Assembly (NCBI GenBank): GCA_000165425.1
Contig: CT868207.1
Location: 62,001-126,000 of the forward strand
DNA length: 64,000 nt
Direction: 5' to 3'
DNA from: Paramecium tetraurelia
Lineage: Eukaryota
The translations under genes and the position numbers were made by a program. The notes below the pieces were generated by a model that ran no database searches, was not told the DNA's origin, and saw nothing but the letters and a program-made list of their open reading frames with translations. Shown piece after piece: positions 52,730 to 64,000 of this stretch (position 1 is the first letter of the stretch; the number at the start of each line of letters is the position of its first letter).

Positions 52730-54209
52730 TCAATCACACTACTTTTTCTATATCTACCACACCTTCTAATTCTATCTACATGTATTAAATATATAATTTT
52801 ACTCAGCTAATACAACCAGTGGTTTTCTAAGTATGAAGTAATAACTGAGTCCGAAACAAACAGTCAAGAAAGCCACAACATCGTAGGGTAAAAATGACAA
52901 TGACAAGATTGACAACGACTCTGTGATCTATGACTATTGTTTATCATTATTACTGCTCCTCCCAAGTTGTGAATGCTGTTGATCAAAGTCAAGGAGGTTG
53001 CCCCAACTTGAGGGTCGCTTATTCTATTGAATAGACTTCCATGATTAATGAATATAGAGTTAGACAAGAAACTGGATGTGATACCAAAAGTTATCTAGAA
53101 TAATTAAAACAATTATATACCAAGTAGAGATATTAGTATATTGATTCATAATTCAATATATCTGGGAACAATTTAAAAATACTGTATGTCAAAATTGCCT
53201 CTCCAATCCTAAACGTTAAGTAATGGAAAAATTTCTAGAGTTCATTTCCCCTCTAGTCATACTTTCCAATTATGGCAATTATGATAAAATTTATGGGTAT
53301 CATTATAGTTTGGACCCAAGCCATCATTTCTTTTTTCAATCCTTTAGCAATGAGTAAGGAGGCTATTCATCATTTAATAATAATACAAGTAGAAGTTAGT
53401 ATTGGTTAAAAACATAATCTAAATATTAGGAGATGCAAAAACAAAAATTGTAAATTTCTATTTAAAACCAATTCCTTAAGATTTTTGAATACTGTTTTAA
53501 TTTGTTATTATTCAATTTCCTCTTAAGATTCCTCTTTTGATTATTCTGTTGTAAAAAATTATACATATAATGTGAGAGCAATCAAATAAAATGCGTTAAT
53601 CAAGCAAAATAGATCCAATGATAGGATTCCAGTTTCTTGGGGAGTGGCGTATAAGTATGAATTGCAGAAGTCCTTCGAATTTAATGTGATGAATATGGTT
53701 GTACTGAATATGACTCCTATCATTTAACCTACTGTTTATGCAGTTGCTCCTAAGTGATTATGTTCAGAACTAAATGCAGTGAGAACCCAACCGTCAATTG
53801 CAATATCTTGATGTGCTGAGAGCAAAATCAAAATGAAGCCTATCAATGTTAAGAATTCAATATTATAAACCCAAGTTGAGATTTTGGTGAAATATAATAG
53901 CGTATATATTATTGCCATCAGATATTGAATTGGTATAATGTATGTTCTTCTCTTTCCGATCGATTTGATGTAATAAACATCTAAGAAAGGGGCAGTGAGC
54001 ATTTTAAATGAAAAGGGATATATGGCTAGAGAGAGGATTGCTATAATGTCAATTGACAAATTGATACCTAAATTTGTATAGGGCACGCCATGTTCAAGTA
54101 GAATCATCATTAGTGTAGATGACCATAATCCTAAGGGAATGCCCTATACAAAATAGAGAAATATAAACAAGAGGAAGGTATTTTTATCTTTAGATGATAT
54201 TTTAGTCAT
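52730..54209 (-). CDS. SLC33A1: Acetyl-CoA transporter 1-like MFS protein (ACATN/AmpG family)
   Basis: LFIFLYFVQGIPLGL, YPFSFKMLTAPFLD, IGKRRTYIIPIQ, AHQDIAIDGWVL, FNRISDPQVGATSLTLINSIHNLGG. Confidence 0.88.
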
Positions 54210-54227
54210 TAATTAATTTAATAAACT

Positions 54228-54608
54228 ATGGGATAAGAATAATCGGTAATTATTTGGTTGTAATCGTAGAATTTGCCTTCAAATAACTTGGTTGTTTAAT
54301 TGCATATGCAGAATTACGAAAAGTTAACAAGATTGATAGAATAGAAATTATCTGATTAAACATTCACAATTGATAAAAGAATAAATCAAGTATGAAATAA
54401 TGGATCTTCTAATTAGATGGATGATACTCTTCTCCACTATGCGGCTTTTAAAAGAGATAAAAAATTAGTATAATATTTGCTATCAAAAGGAGCATCTCCT
54501 CATTGCAAGAATTCGGTAAGCAAATTAAATCGATATCATTAGCGGAATCTTACACCTGGAGATGTCACTGATGACCAAGAAATAAAATTAATGCTGGAGA
54601 GTAAATGA
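54228..54608 (+). CDS. Small ankyrin-repeat protein (100 aa) with a probable N-myristoylation motif
   Basis: MGQEQS|...|MDDTLLHYAAFKRDKKLVQYLLSKGASPHCKNS|RNLTPGD. Introns 54246-54269, 54390-54416 and 54516-54542. Confidence 0.8.
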
Positions 54609-54689
54609 CAATTTAATGAATCACGCAAAAATAATATATAATCAATCAAATTATAAAAGGAATATTAAAAAATAATATTAAAAATTAAT

Positions 54690-55200
54690 ATGAGCGCTAA
54701 AAAGAATACAAATCAATTCGAAGAGGGTTCAGAGGAGGATTAAATCAAAAAGAAAGTAAAGAGAAATGAAGAGCAAAAGAAAAGTAATGATTAGAATGAC
54801 GACGAATTTGAAGTCGACTCGCAATAAGAGGAAGACGAAGAAATTGAAGATGATGGTAATTAATTCTAACTATTGTTTAGGTATCCAAACCTCTTCACAT
54901 TCCAGCATAGATTTATAGGCTTACTTAGAACAAAGAGACTAAATTCCTGATAGTGATGATGATGAAGAAGATGAAGATGACAATAAATAAAAACAAAAGA
55001 AATAAGCTCAAACCAAATAAAAATAATAGAAAGTATCTAAGAAAAAGTAGGATGATGATGATGATGAAGATAGTGATGATGATGATGATGATGATTTAGA
55101 GGGTGAAGATGATGATGATGATGATGAAGAAGATGAAGATGAAAAACCACCTTAAAAGAAATAAAAAGTTTAATAATAATAGAAGACAAAAAAATAATGA
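54690..55200 (+). CDS. Highly acidic D/E-rich low-complexity protein with basic NLS-like patches
   Basis: MSAKKNTNQFEEGSEEDQIKKKVKR..., poly-Asp tracts, ends KPPQKKQKVQQQQKTKKQ-TGA. One intron near 54857-54880. Confidence 0.7.
55051..55140 (+). repeat. (GAT)n coding trinucleotide tracts (poly-Asp)
   Basis: Several runs of GAT x5-7 separated by GAA/AGT codons. Confidence 0.85.
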
Positions 55201-55307
55201 TGATTTTTTCATAAAATCTATTTATGTATTTTAATATTTTTATTTTGCCTTGAAATAATCTGCTCTTTCAAATATTACAAATATATTGTTAATTTTGTTG
55301 TCAATAA

Positions 55308-56081
55308 TCATTCATACTAATTCAATAACTATTATTAAATAGCATAGTGTTTAATATTCTATTGTTCATCTACATCTCTTAGTCTCTGTTGATAATTAGA
55401 TCGCAAATGATTGGGCACTATTTGATCTACACCTCCCCTTTATTCTCCAGTCAAAATATTAAACCCAGTGTTTCCTCTTGCATCCAAATTATGTGCCCTC
55501 ACAAACTATCTCACTTTTGCCTTGTCATCATATTGTCTCAATAAATTGCCTTATTCACTGTTATCATATTTTAAAGTAATTGGATTATAGGCCAGCCTGA
55601 ACAAAACAATAAATTCCTCATTTACCCATTTGAATTTCTCTTCCCTTGAGTTAATTATTGGGTGTGACTCATTAGTTTTACTTAATCCTTTGTCTCCACC
55701 TTCTCCTAATAATCCCACTTCCTAGTTTCCCTATCCAATCCCTCCCATCTCTTTCTTTCAATGATCTTCTCCCTCTGCCAAACCTCGTGTTCTCTTTGCT
55801 TTTTATCTGCTACTGCAAAGTCCTTGTCAAATCTCTCATTTTCTAAAATTACTCTATCCATACCTGGGACATATAAGGTAGATTAAGGAGGTGCCTGGTG
55901 GATCAAGGTTCCGACTCCCAATCCTCTCGCCTCAAATCCAACTGTTTTACTATTGTAGATGTTAATTACCTCTCAAATCGACCCTGCTCTTCTCTATTCT
56001 ATCCTTGTCTCGCAACGCTTCCTATTATCAGTTTAATTTAAGTACTCTTTCTTGTCTAGTCCTAGGCTATATGTTAATCAT
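55308..56081 (-). CDS. Conserved-looking hypothetical protein with YNPIT / FNILTGE motifs
   Basis: MINIQPRTRQER|EALRDKDRIEKSR...ERFDKDFA...AYNPITLKYDNSEQG...RAHNLDARGNTGFNILTGE. Three or four tiny introns. Confidence 0.75.
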
Positions 56082-56110
56082 TAATATAATAAATTATTAA
56101 CGAATATCAT

Positions 56111-57160
56111 ATGGGAGGATCTTGCTGTAAAGATGATACTTTAGAAACCAACAAAGAAATTAGAAATCCCCCCAATAAGCCAATATTCACCCATGCTGAC
56201 AACTTGCCTCCCAGAAGTGAATAAAATAAATCAAATCAGGAAATCAGGACCCATCTTCTGAAACCAACAATCCAAACTCAAAATCAATAAGTTCAAATTC
56301 CTGTCATACACAATGGATTGGTCAAAGAAACGCTTGCCAAATTAGGTGAGTATCAGATCCCTTCTTCAATTACAAATGAAGGTTTAGAGGTTACTCCTCC
56401 CATCCAATTTGATGACGGTTCAATCTATGTCGGAGGCCTAAAGAATGACCTGTTTCAAGGATATGGAGAAATCTATTGGGATGACGGAACTCACTACTGT
56501 GGCCATTTCAATAAAGGAACTAAATCTGGTCACGGCAGATTGGTATACACTGATGGAGATACATATGTATAAAAACTAAACTTAATAAGGAAGGTGAGTG
56601 GCTGGATGATAAGTAACACGGAAAAGGAAAATATTGGTACTCAGATGGAGGTGTTTACGATGGAAGATTTCTCAATGATTTAAAAGTAAGCCTAAATAAA
56701 CTTATTGTTTTTTAGAATGGATTTGGCAAAGAAGTTTTGGCTAATGGAGAGACATACGAAGGAGATTTCTCTAATGGAACAAGGCATGGAAAAGGAAAAT
56801 TGATAATGGCTGATGTGGTCTTTGAAGGTCATTTTGAAAGGGGATAAATGGTTGACGGAGAATATAAATGGAATGATGGAAGAAAATATAGTGGTTAAAT
56901 TAAAGGAACCAAAATACATGGCCATGGAGAGTTTTGGTTTCCTGATGGAAGATACTATAAAGGTACATTGATTGATTCAAATAATCTTAGGCAATTGGGT
57001 TGAAGATTAAAAGGAAGGACAAGGAGAATTTCATTATTCTGATGGATCAGTTTATGTTGGGGAATGGAAACAAAATAAATAAAACGGATATGGGAAATTT
57101 ACAGATAAAAATGGAGAAGTAATAAATGGCTTTTGGGTTGATGGCAGTAAAGTAAAATGA
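56111..57160 (+). CDS. MORN repeat protein with an N-terminal dual acylation motif
   Basis: MGGSCCKDD start. Repeats DGSIYVGGLKNDLFQGYG, DGTHYCGHFNKGTKSGHG, NGETYEGDFSNGTRHGKG, DGSVYVGEWKQNKQNGYG. Confidence 0.9.
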
Positions 57161-57278
57161 AGGCTATAATTGTATTTTATTAACTTAATTGTTATAAAAA
57201 TATTTGATTATTATTTCATCCAAAAATAAATAGACTAATTATATAATTAAGTTTAATCTATGTGGCTTAAATATTAAT

Positions 57279-59123
57279 TCAATATCTTCTCTTTGGTGTA
57301 TCGTAAATTCGACTCTAAACAAAATTGATCTCCTCTTCTAAAGCTCTCTCTCTCTCTTTTCTTTCAAGTTCAGCCTCCAATTCTAATCTTTGTATTCTCT
57401 CCTAACTTCTTTTCTTTTCATAATCTAAATCTCTTTCTATTTTCTCTAATTATCTACTCCTCTCTAAGCTTCTACGCTAATTTTCTAATTGTTATATTCT
57501 CAGTTGAGACTCCCTAAGCTATTCTATTCTTTCTCTACTCTATCTCATCTCTTCTATATTACGTTCCTATTCTCTACTTTTTCTTAAGGCTTCCAACTAA
57601 TCTACTCTCTCTCTACTCTTTTTCAAATCTGATAATTTTTCTTAACTTCTTCTCAAATCCACTTCAGCTCTTTCTTTCTTTTGCTATTCTAGCCTCTCCT
57701 AATAAGTTCTCTATTCCTCCAAATTTTTTCTTTATTTTTAAAGCTCTTCAATCCTCTCTCTAGATTTTTTCAGCTCTTCCATTTTATCAGAATTATTCCT
57801 CTCTTATTCCAATTGCATAAGCGTTTCTCTACTCTTCCTTAGATCTTCAAGACGTTCTCTACTTTTCCTTAATTCTTCAATCTAAATCTGCCTCTCTCTG
57901 CTTTTTTTCAATTCTTCTATTTACTCCATCCTTTCCCTACTTTTCTTCAAATCCTCTAATTAATTTAACCTTTCTCTACTTGATTTTAATTCATATAATA
58001 TTTCTCTACTTCTCTGTAAATCCTCTAATTTTTCTCTGCTATTTTTTAAATCATATCCTTTTTCTCCACTATTTTTTAGGTATTCTTATCTTTCCCTACT
58101 ATTTTTGAGTTACTCTAATCTTTCTCTACTTTTTTTGAGGTCTTCCAATCTTTCCCTACTATCTCTTAACTCTTCTAATTATTCAACTTTTTCTCTACTC
58201 TTTTTAAGTTCCTCTAAATATTCTCTACTTTTCTTAAGCTCTTCAACTCTTTCTCTGCTTCTTTGGAGATTAGTAAATTCTTCATTTTCTTTTTCCAATT
58301 GGATTATTCTTTCTCTACTCCTTCTTAATTAATCTGTCAATTATCTCTCTTTTTAAAAATAATCTGGTGTAAAAGTAATTGCTTCTAATAATTCAGAATA
58401 ATTGATTTTTCCATCAGCGTCTTTATCAACCACTCTGAAAAAAGCAAGTAAATCGTCAAAGGACAACCTAACTCCATTTTGTTTCAAGAAATCTTAAAGT
58501 CTAAAAAGTATATATAAATTATCATACGCTTCAATTGTAATATATCCAAATTATGCTTGGTCTATGCATCGAAAAGCATCAAGAGATGTGAAATCAGCAC
58601 TTCCAGTCAAAATTTCTTACGCAGCTGAAATTGAACTAATCTAAAAAGGACAAAAAATACTTATAATTTTAGATTTCTTAGTGGAGAACTTTAGAAAGTC
58701 CCCATTCGACTTCAGCTGGTAAAAATCTATTAGTTTTAACAGAGTAGTGCTCTCTTTGTGAAACAATATGCCTCAACCTAGAATCTTCTTTAGGGAGGAT
58801 GAACATAACAAAGCTAAAGTTTTATAATCATTAGTTTACTCTGGATATGTGATTCTACCATCTCTGTTCTAATCTAATTTCCTAAACAAATAATCAGCTT
58901 AAGCAATAGATGCATTTATTTTGTTTTCATTTAAAAAATAACCTATATCTGCAATTGTTAAATCTCCAGCCTTTTATTAATCTAATCTTTTGAATGCCGT
59001 GTAGGGTTCAAACAAGCTTTGTTCAGCTAGGACTTGTCTATAAGTTTCTGTTTTCTTCTCCCCTTCAGCAATAGTAGTAATTAAGTTAGCTAATCGTAAT
59101 TAAGTTTTTTAAGAGAGGTACAT
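57279..59123 (-). CDS. EF-hand protein with a C-terminal L-x-x-S-R-E repeat tail
   Basis: RQVLAEQSLFEPYTAFKRLD, LDQNRDGRITYPE, IDQAQFGYITIE, VDKDADGKINYSE EF-hands, then a repeat tail. Confidence 0.85.
57460..58330 (-). repeat. Coding tandem repeat of 10-aa (occasionally 13-aa) units, consensus LKKSRERLEE
   Basis: Plus-strand TTCTCTACT / TTCCCTACT motif recurs at 30- or 39-nt spacing. Confidence 0.85.
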
Positions 59124-59192
59124 GATCAATAAAATTTTATTATTCTTAAAATAAAAATTAAATGCTGTGTGTTATCGTTTCTATAATATATC

Positions 59193-59585
59193 TCAATAAA
59201 TTAATTAATTAATGAAATTCATTAGATACTCATTTTCCATAGCTGCCAAATATCGTTCCTTATCATTAACTTGTTTGTCTATTTAAGATTTTTAATTGTG
59301 GAGATTATCTTTAACTATGATATGTATTTTATATGACTTGTAACTTAAACTTATTATTCACAGTTACTTTAATAATTCTTGAGAGAGCTTTACTCTGATG
59401 GAAAGTGCAATTTATAAGGCAAATGAGCAATGCTTCACTGTAGGTTTCCAATAAATGGTTATTCTAGAGCCTTCAACGTTGATAAACTCTTTTTAGATCA
59501 CTTCCAATTGTCCCAATGTTTGAGGTATTTCTGGGTCTCTAATATTATAAATAATATAATAGATGTCATCGATTATATTTTGCAT
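59193..59585 (-). CDS. CIAO2: Cytosolic Fe-S assembly factor CIA2/MIP18 (FAM96 family)
   Basis: NIRDPEIPQTLGQLEVI...WKPTVKHCSFALQIALSIRVKL...IDKQVNDKERYLAAMEN. One tiny intron. Absent from the supplied ORF track. Confidence 0.9.
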
Positions 59586-59621
59586 TATTTAATTATTTAT
59601 AATACCGTTAATAATTTGATT

Positions 59622-60854
<1,233 letters not shown>

Positions 60855-61267
60855 TCAATAATATAATACATCACTTTTGTAATCATCATAATAGTATTAA
60901 ATAAATATTAACATTTTTGTATCTAAAGAGTTGTAATAGGATTTTATAATATATAAGATTTGATTTTTCTGTTTAGTTTATCACATGTAAGTGATAACCA
61001 TTTCGAAATTTCCATAATAAATAGTAAAGTAATTTCAAGAGTAAATAAAATTGAAGTGAAAAACAATTTATTAAGATAAAATTGTGATTTCATTTAGTAG
61101 GAATATCGTATGATAATCTTTTTGTGGAATCATCTTGTTTCAAAATTACGTTAATAATAATAAGGGTTTTCAATACTCATGTAAATTTTGGAATCTATGG
61201 TGAATTATATATTTCTAGCTCATGAATAGGATTAATAATATAATTATTAAATATAGTAAATTAAATA

Positions 61268-63129
61268 ATGTCATCCAAAAGTTATGATCGATAAAAAATT
61301 TTGAAGGATGAGGCTAGTGTTGGTCTGACAAAAGAGTAGTATGAAAAAAAATATTTATTTCATCGTTTAAAAGAGAGATTTTTACACAGCTCTGATTTAT
61401 CATTGGAGACAATCACTCCGGAAGGACATGAAAATATTTATATTCCGATGGATATTCAAACTCCAACTCAAGCTGATGGTCTTAGTTATGAGGATGAATA
61501 GGCCCTAAGAATGCATGGAGCTCAAATATGTTTTCAAGCCTGCAATCATTTAAAATTGCCCCTAACCACTGCCATTACAAGTTTAGTGATTTATCACAGA
61601 TTCTTTGCAAAGTAAATTATGATGTTAGGTGTTAGGAATTCTTTTGTTGATTACGATTATCGTGAAATTTCAATGGCGTCCATATATTTGGCAGGCAAGG
61701 TAGAAGAAACAGTGCTGAAAACTTGGTACATTGCCAGTACTTTCAGCTCTGTATTTTAGAAGCAAAAATAAACTCCGTTGTAAGAATCATATAGATATTA
61801 AATAGGGACATAATAATAAAATAGGAGAAATTGATACTTAGGGAACTTGGGTTTGAATTATTTAGAGTTTCAGATCATCCGCACAAGTTCATAGAATCAT
61901 TTTATCATTTTATTAAGGTCGACAAGCAGGTAGCTCAAAAGGCATGGTGTTACTTGAACGACTCATACATGACTGATTTATGTGTACATTTTCCACCCTA
62001 AGTTATTGCAGCAGGAGCTCTCTATTTAGCATTGAGGATCTGTAATCATCCAATGCCTTCTTAACCATGGTGGATTCTATTAGAAGCTACTTTGGATTAA
62101 ATTGAGTAAGTGGCTGCAACTATATATAATATATATGAATTCGAAAAGATTGATTTTCGATAGGCAAGAAGAATTCTAGCAAAAGCCAATAGAGTAGCTT
62201 ATGTTATTTAACATAGCGAAATTTATGGTATTCCAGAGAAAATTGAAAAGCCATTAGAAGCTATTAAATCAACCTCCTAATTATAAGAATAACAATAAAT
62301 TACTAAAGTAGAATAATAAAAATCACCAGTCGATAAGAAAAGCATGAAAAAAAGAAGTAGGTCTAATGAAAAAAAAAGTAAGGATAAAAAGAATAAATCT
62401 GAGAAAAAGAAGAAGAAAGATAAGGATAAAAAGAAAGAAAAAAAAGACAAAAAAAAGAAGTAACTATATATTTACTATATTATTAGAAGTAGATCTAGAA
62501 GCAAGTCAAATGAAAAAAAATAATCAAAGAAAGATAAGAAAAAGGATAAAAACAAAAAAGAATTAGAAGTCTAAGAAAAAACTAAAACTAAAGATCCAGA
62601 ATAAGTGGTCTAATAGGATAGAACTCAAGTTGAATCCAAAATGGAAATTGAGACACCAAATGATTGCAATAACAATATAAAAAGCAACAATAATAATATC
62701 TAGTAATCAAGCACAGGTAACGAATTAAAAAAGGATGACTAATTGTGCCAAAAACCTATTGCTGAATAGACAAATAAAGAACCAAATCCTTAAGCATAAC
62801 ATGTTATTAATGACGTTTAGTAGCCACAATAATTGCATGATGAAAAAGAATAATTGAAAGTGTAATTGCCTTTATAGAGTAAATAGGATTTGATTGCTTA
62901 AATAAAAGCAATTCTAAAAACTTAATAATTATAGAAGGATAAAGAAAAAGATTAAGATAAAGAAAAGGAAAAAGAGAAGGAAAAAGAAAAAGAAAAAGAA
63001 AAGGAAAAAGATGAAGAACAGTCTCCAGATGAATTAGATTCAGAAGAAGATGAACAATTAAAAGCACTTAAATTAAAAAGTAACTTTACATTAATTTTTC
63101 TAGTGTTAGCAAAAAAGCGAAACGAATGA
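61268..63129 (+). CDS. CCNL: Cyclin L-like protein with a K/R/S-rich C-terminal tail
   Basis: TPTQADGLSYEDEQALRMHGAQIC, HRFF, SIYLAGKVEE, ILRELGF...HPHKF, AWCYLNDSYMTDLCV. Tail with KKRSRS / RSRSRSKS. Confidence 0.87.
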
Positions 63130-64000
63130 TGAGCTCTGTAATATAAATTTAAAGAATATATATATATTTAATCTATCTTTATTTCAAATTAATTATATTG
63201 CATTGTAATTCTAATTATCATCAATATTCCTGATATGATGTAATTGTTAAAATTTTGTTATCAAAAAAACAGAAAAATCAATTAAATAAATACTTTCAAT
63301 TACTAATATCAACGAGGTGATATTAAAATAACTTAGAATTATGTTCCTAAAATTACGATTAATCGACTATTTTATATGTTTCAATTTATAAACAGAAGTA
63401 GGGTGTGATATAAATTTGTTATTTAGCCCTAACAGAAAGTGTTTTAGAATTATCAATTTACTAATTTTTCTCAAGCTCTTCTTATCATATTCTTATTTTT
63501 AGATATTCTGGAATTTGAAAGTATTTAGAAAATTGTTTTTTGTAATTAAAAAATAGAATTTGATATGAGCAGTTATAATTTTTAATTAAAATGAAACTGA
63601 TATTGAATATAATTACATAAACACTTTATGATTCTCTACACGATTGAATAAAATTTTAATATAAGCTTCTAATAAATCAATTTAAATGGAAATTCACCCT
63701 AGAAAATTTTTTATTATTTCATTAATACATAAAGATTTATTTTTCTTTTAATAAAAATCCTAAATAATCACTGATTTTGTTAAATCCCCATTACAAAGTA
63801 ATTTTAATATTATTAATCTTTAATTAAATTCAGTTTAAAGATTAATAATAATCATTATCATAATAATTGAAGATGAACTAAATATTAGTTTTTAATTTAA
63901 GCTTTGTATATTTTCTATATAAATATTGTAATCCAAATTCTAGAAATAAAGTGTTTCTACTTTAATGTTTTAATATCAAAAGTTCCTTCAAAAAGTTGCT

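Noticed and set aside
57460..58330. Regularly spaced TTCTCTACT motifs resembling a CRISPR array
   Set aside because: Spacing is a multiple of 3, the units are degenerate and in frame within a eukaryotic CDS, and there are no cas genes.
58105..58332. Plus-strand Leu/Ser-rich ORF that looks like a leucine-rich repeat
   Set aside because: It is antisense to the LKKSRER repeat of the EF-hand gene.
63130..64000. AT-rich gene-free end of the window as a possible retained IES or subtelomere
   Set aside because: No C4A2/C3A3 telomeric repeats, no clear TA-bounded element and no coherent ORF. It cannot be assigned from sequence alone.

Overview
This is eukaryotic DNA, not prokaryotic: an AT-rich, gene-dense stretch of a ciliate macronuclear chromosome, almost certainly Paramecium. 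Genes read only with the ciliate code (TAA/TAG = Gln, TGA the only stop) and are split by tiny 20-32 nt GT..AG introns. The supplied standard-code ORF track therefore fragments real genes and contains many antisense artefacts. Translating by hand gives about 34 protein-coding genes. Recognisable ones are a PP2A A subunit (truncated by the window), RPL10, a CTD-type phosphatase, an insulysin-like M16 peptidase with a signal peptide, a WBP4-like protein, two Ser/Thr kinases, RPS18, an HP1-like protein, a TPR protein, Oxa1, an alpha/beta hydrolase, NDK, an 8.1 kb IP3R/RyR-type Ca2+ channel, DNAJC8, a TTLL ligase, MAEA/GID9, SLC33A1, an ankyrin protein, a MORN protein, an EF-hand repeat protein, CIA2/FAM96, a TEY MAPK and cyclin L. 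I found no rRNA, tRNA, CRISPR, telomere or transposon, and I cannot support a new multi-gene system. The best leads are single loci: a ~490-aa charge-alternating beta-meander protein, an IP3R/RyR hybrid pore, an HP1 with a degenerate aromatic cage, a secreted insulysin with an SFLQ motif and clustered frameshifts, and very short head-to-head spacers. Coordinates were derived by hand and product calls rest on motif recognition, not database searches.
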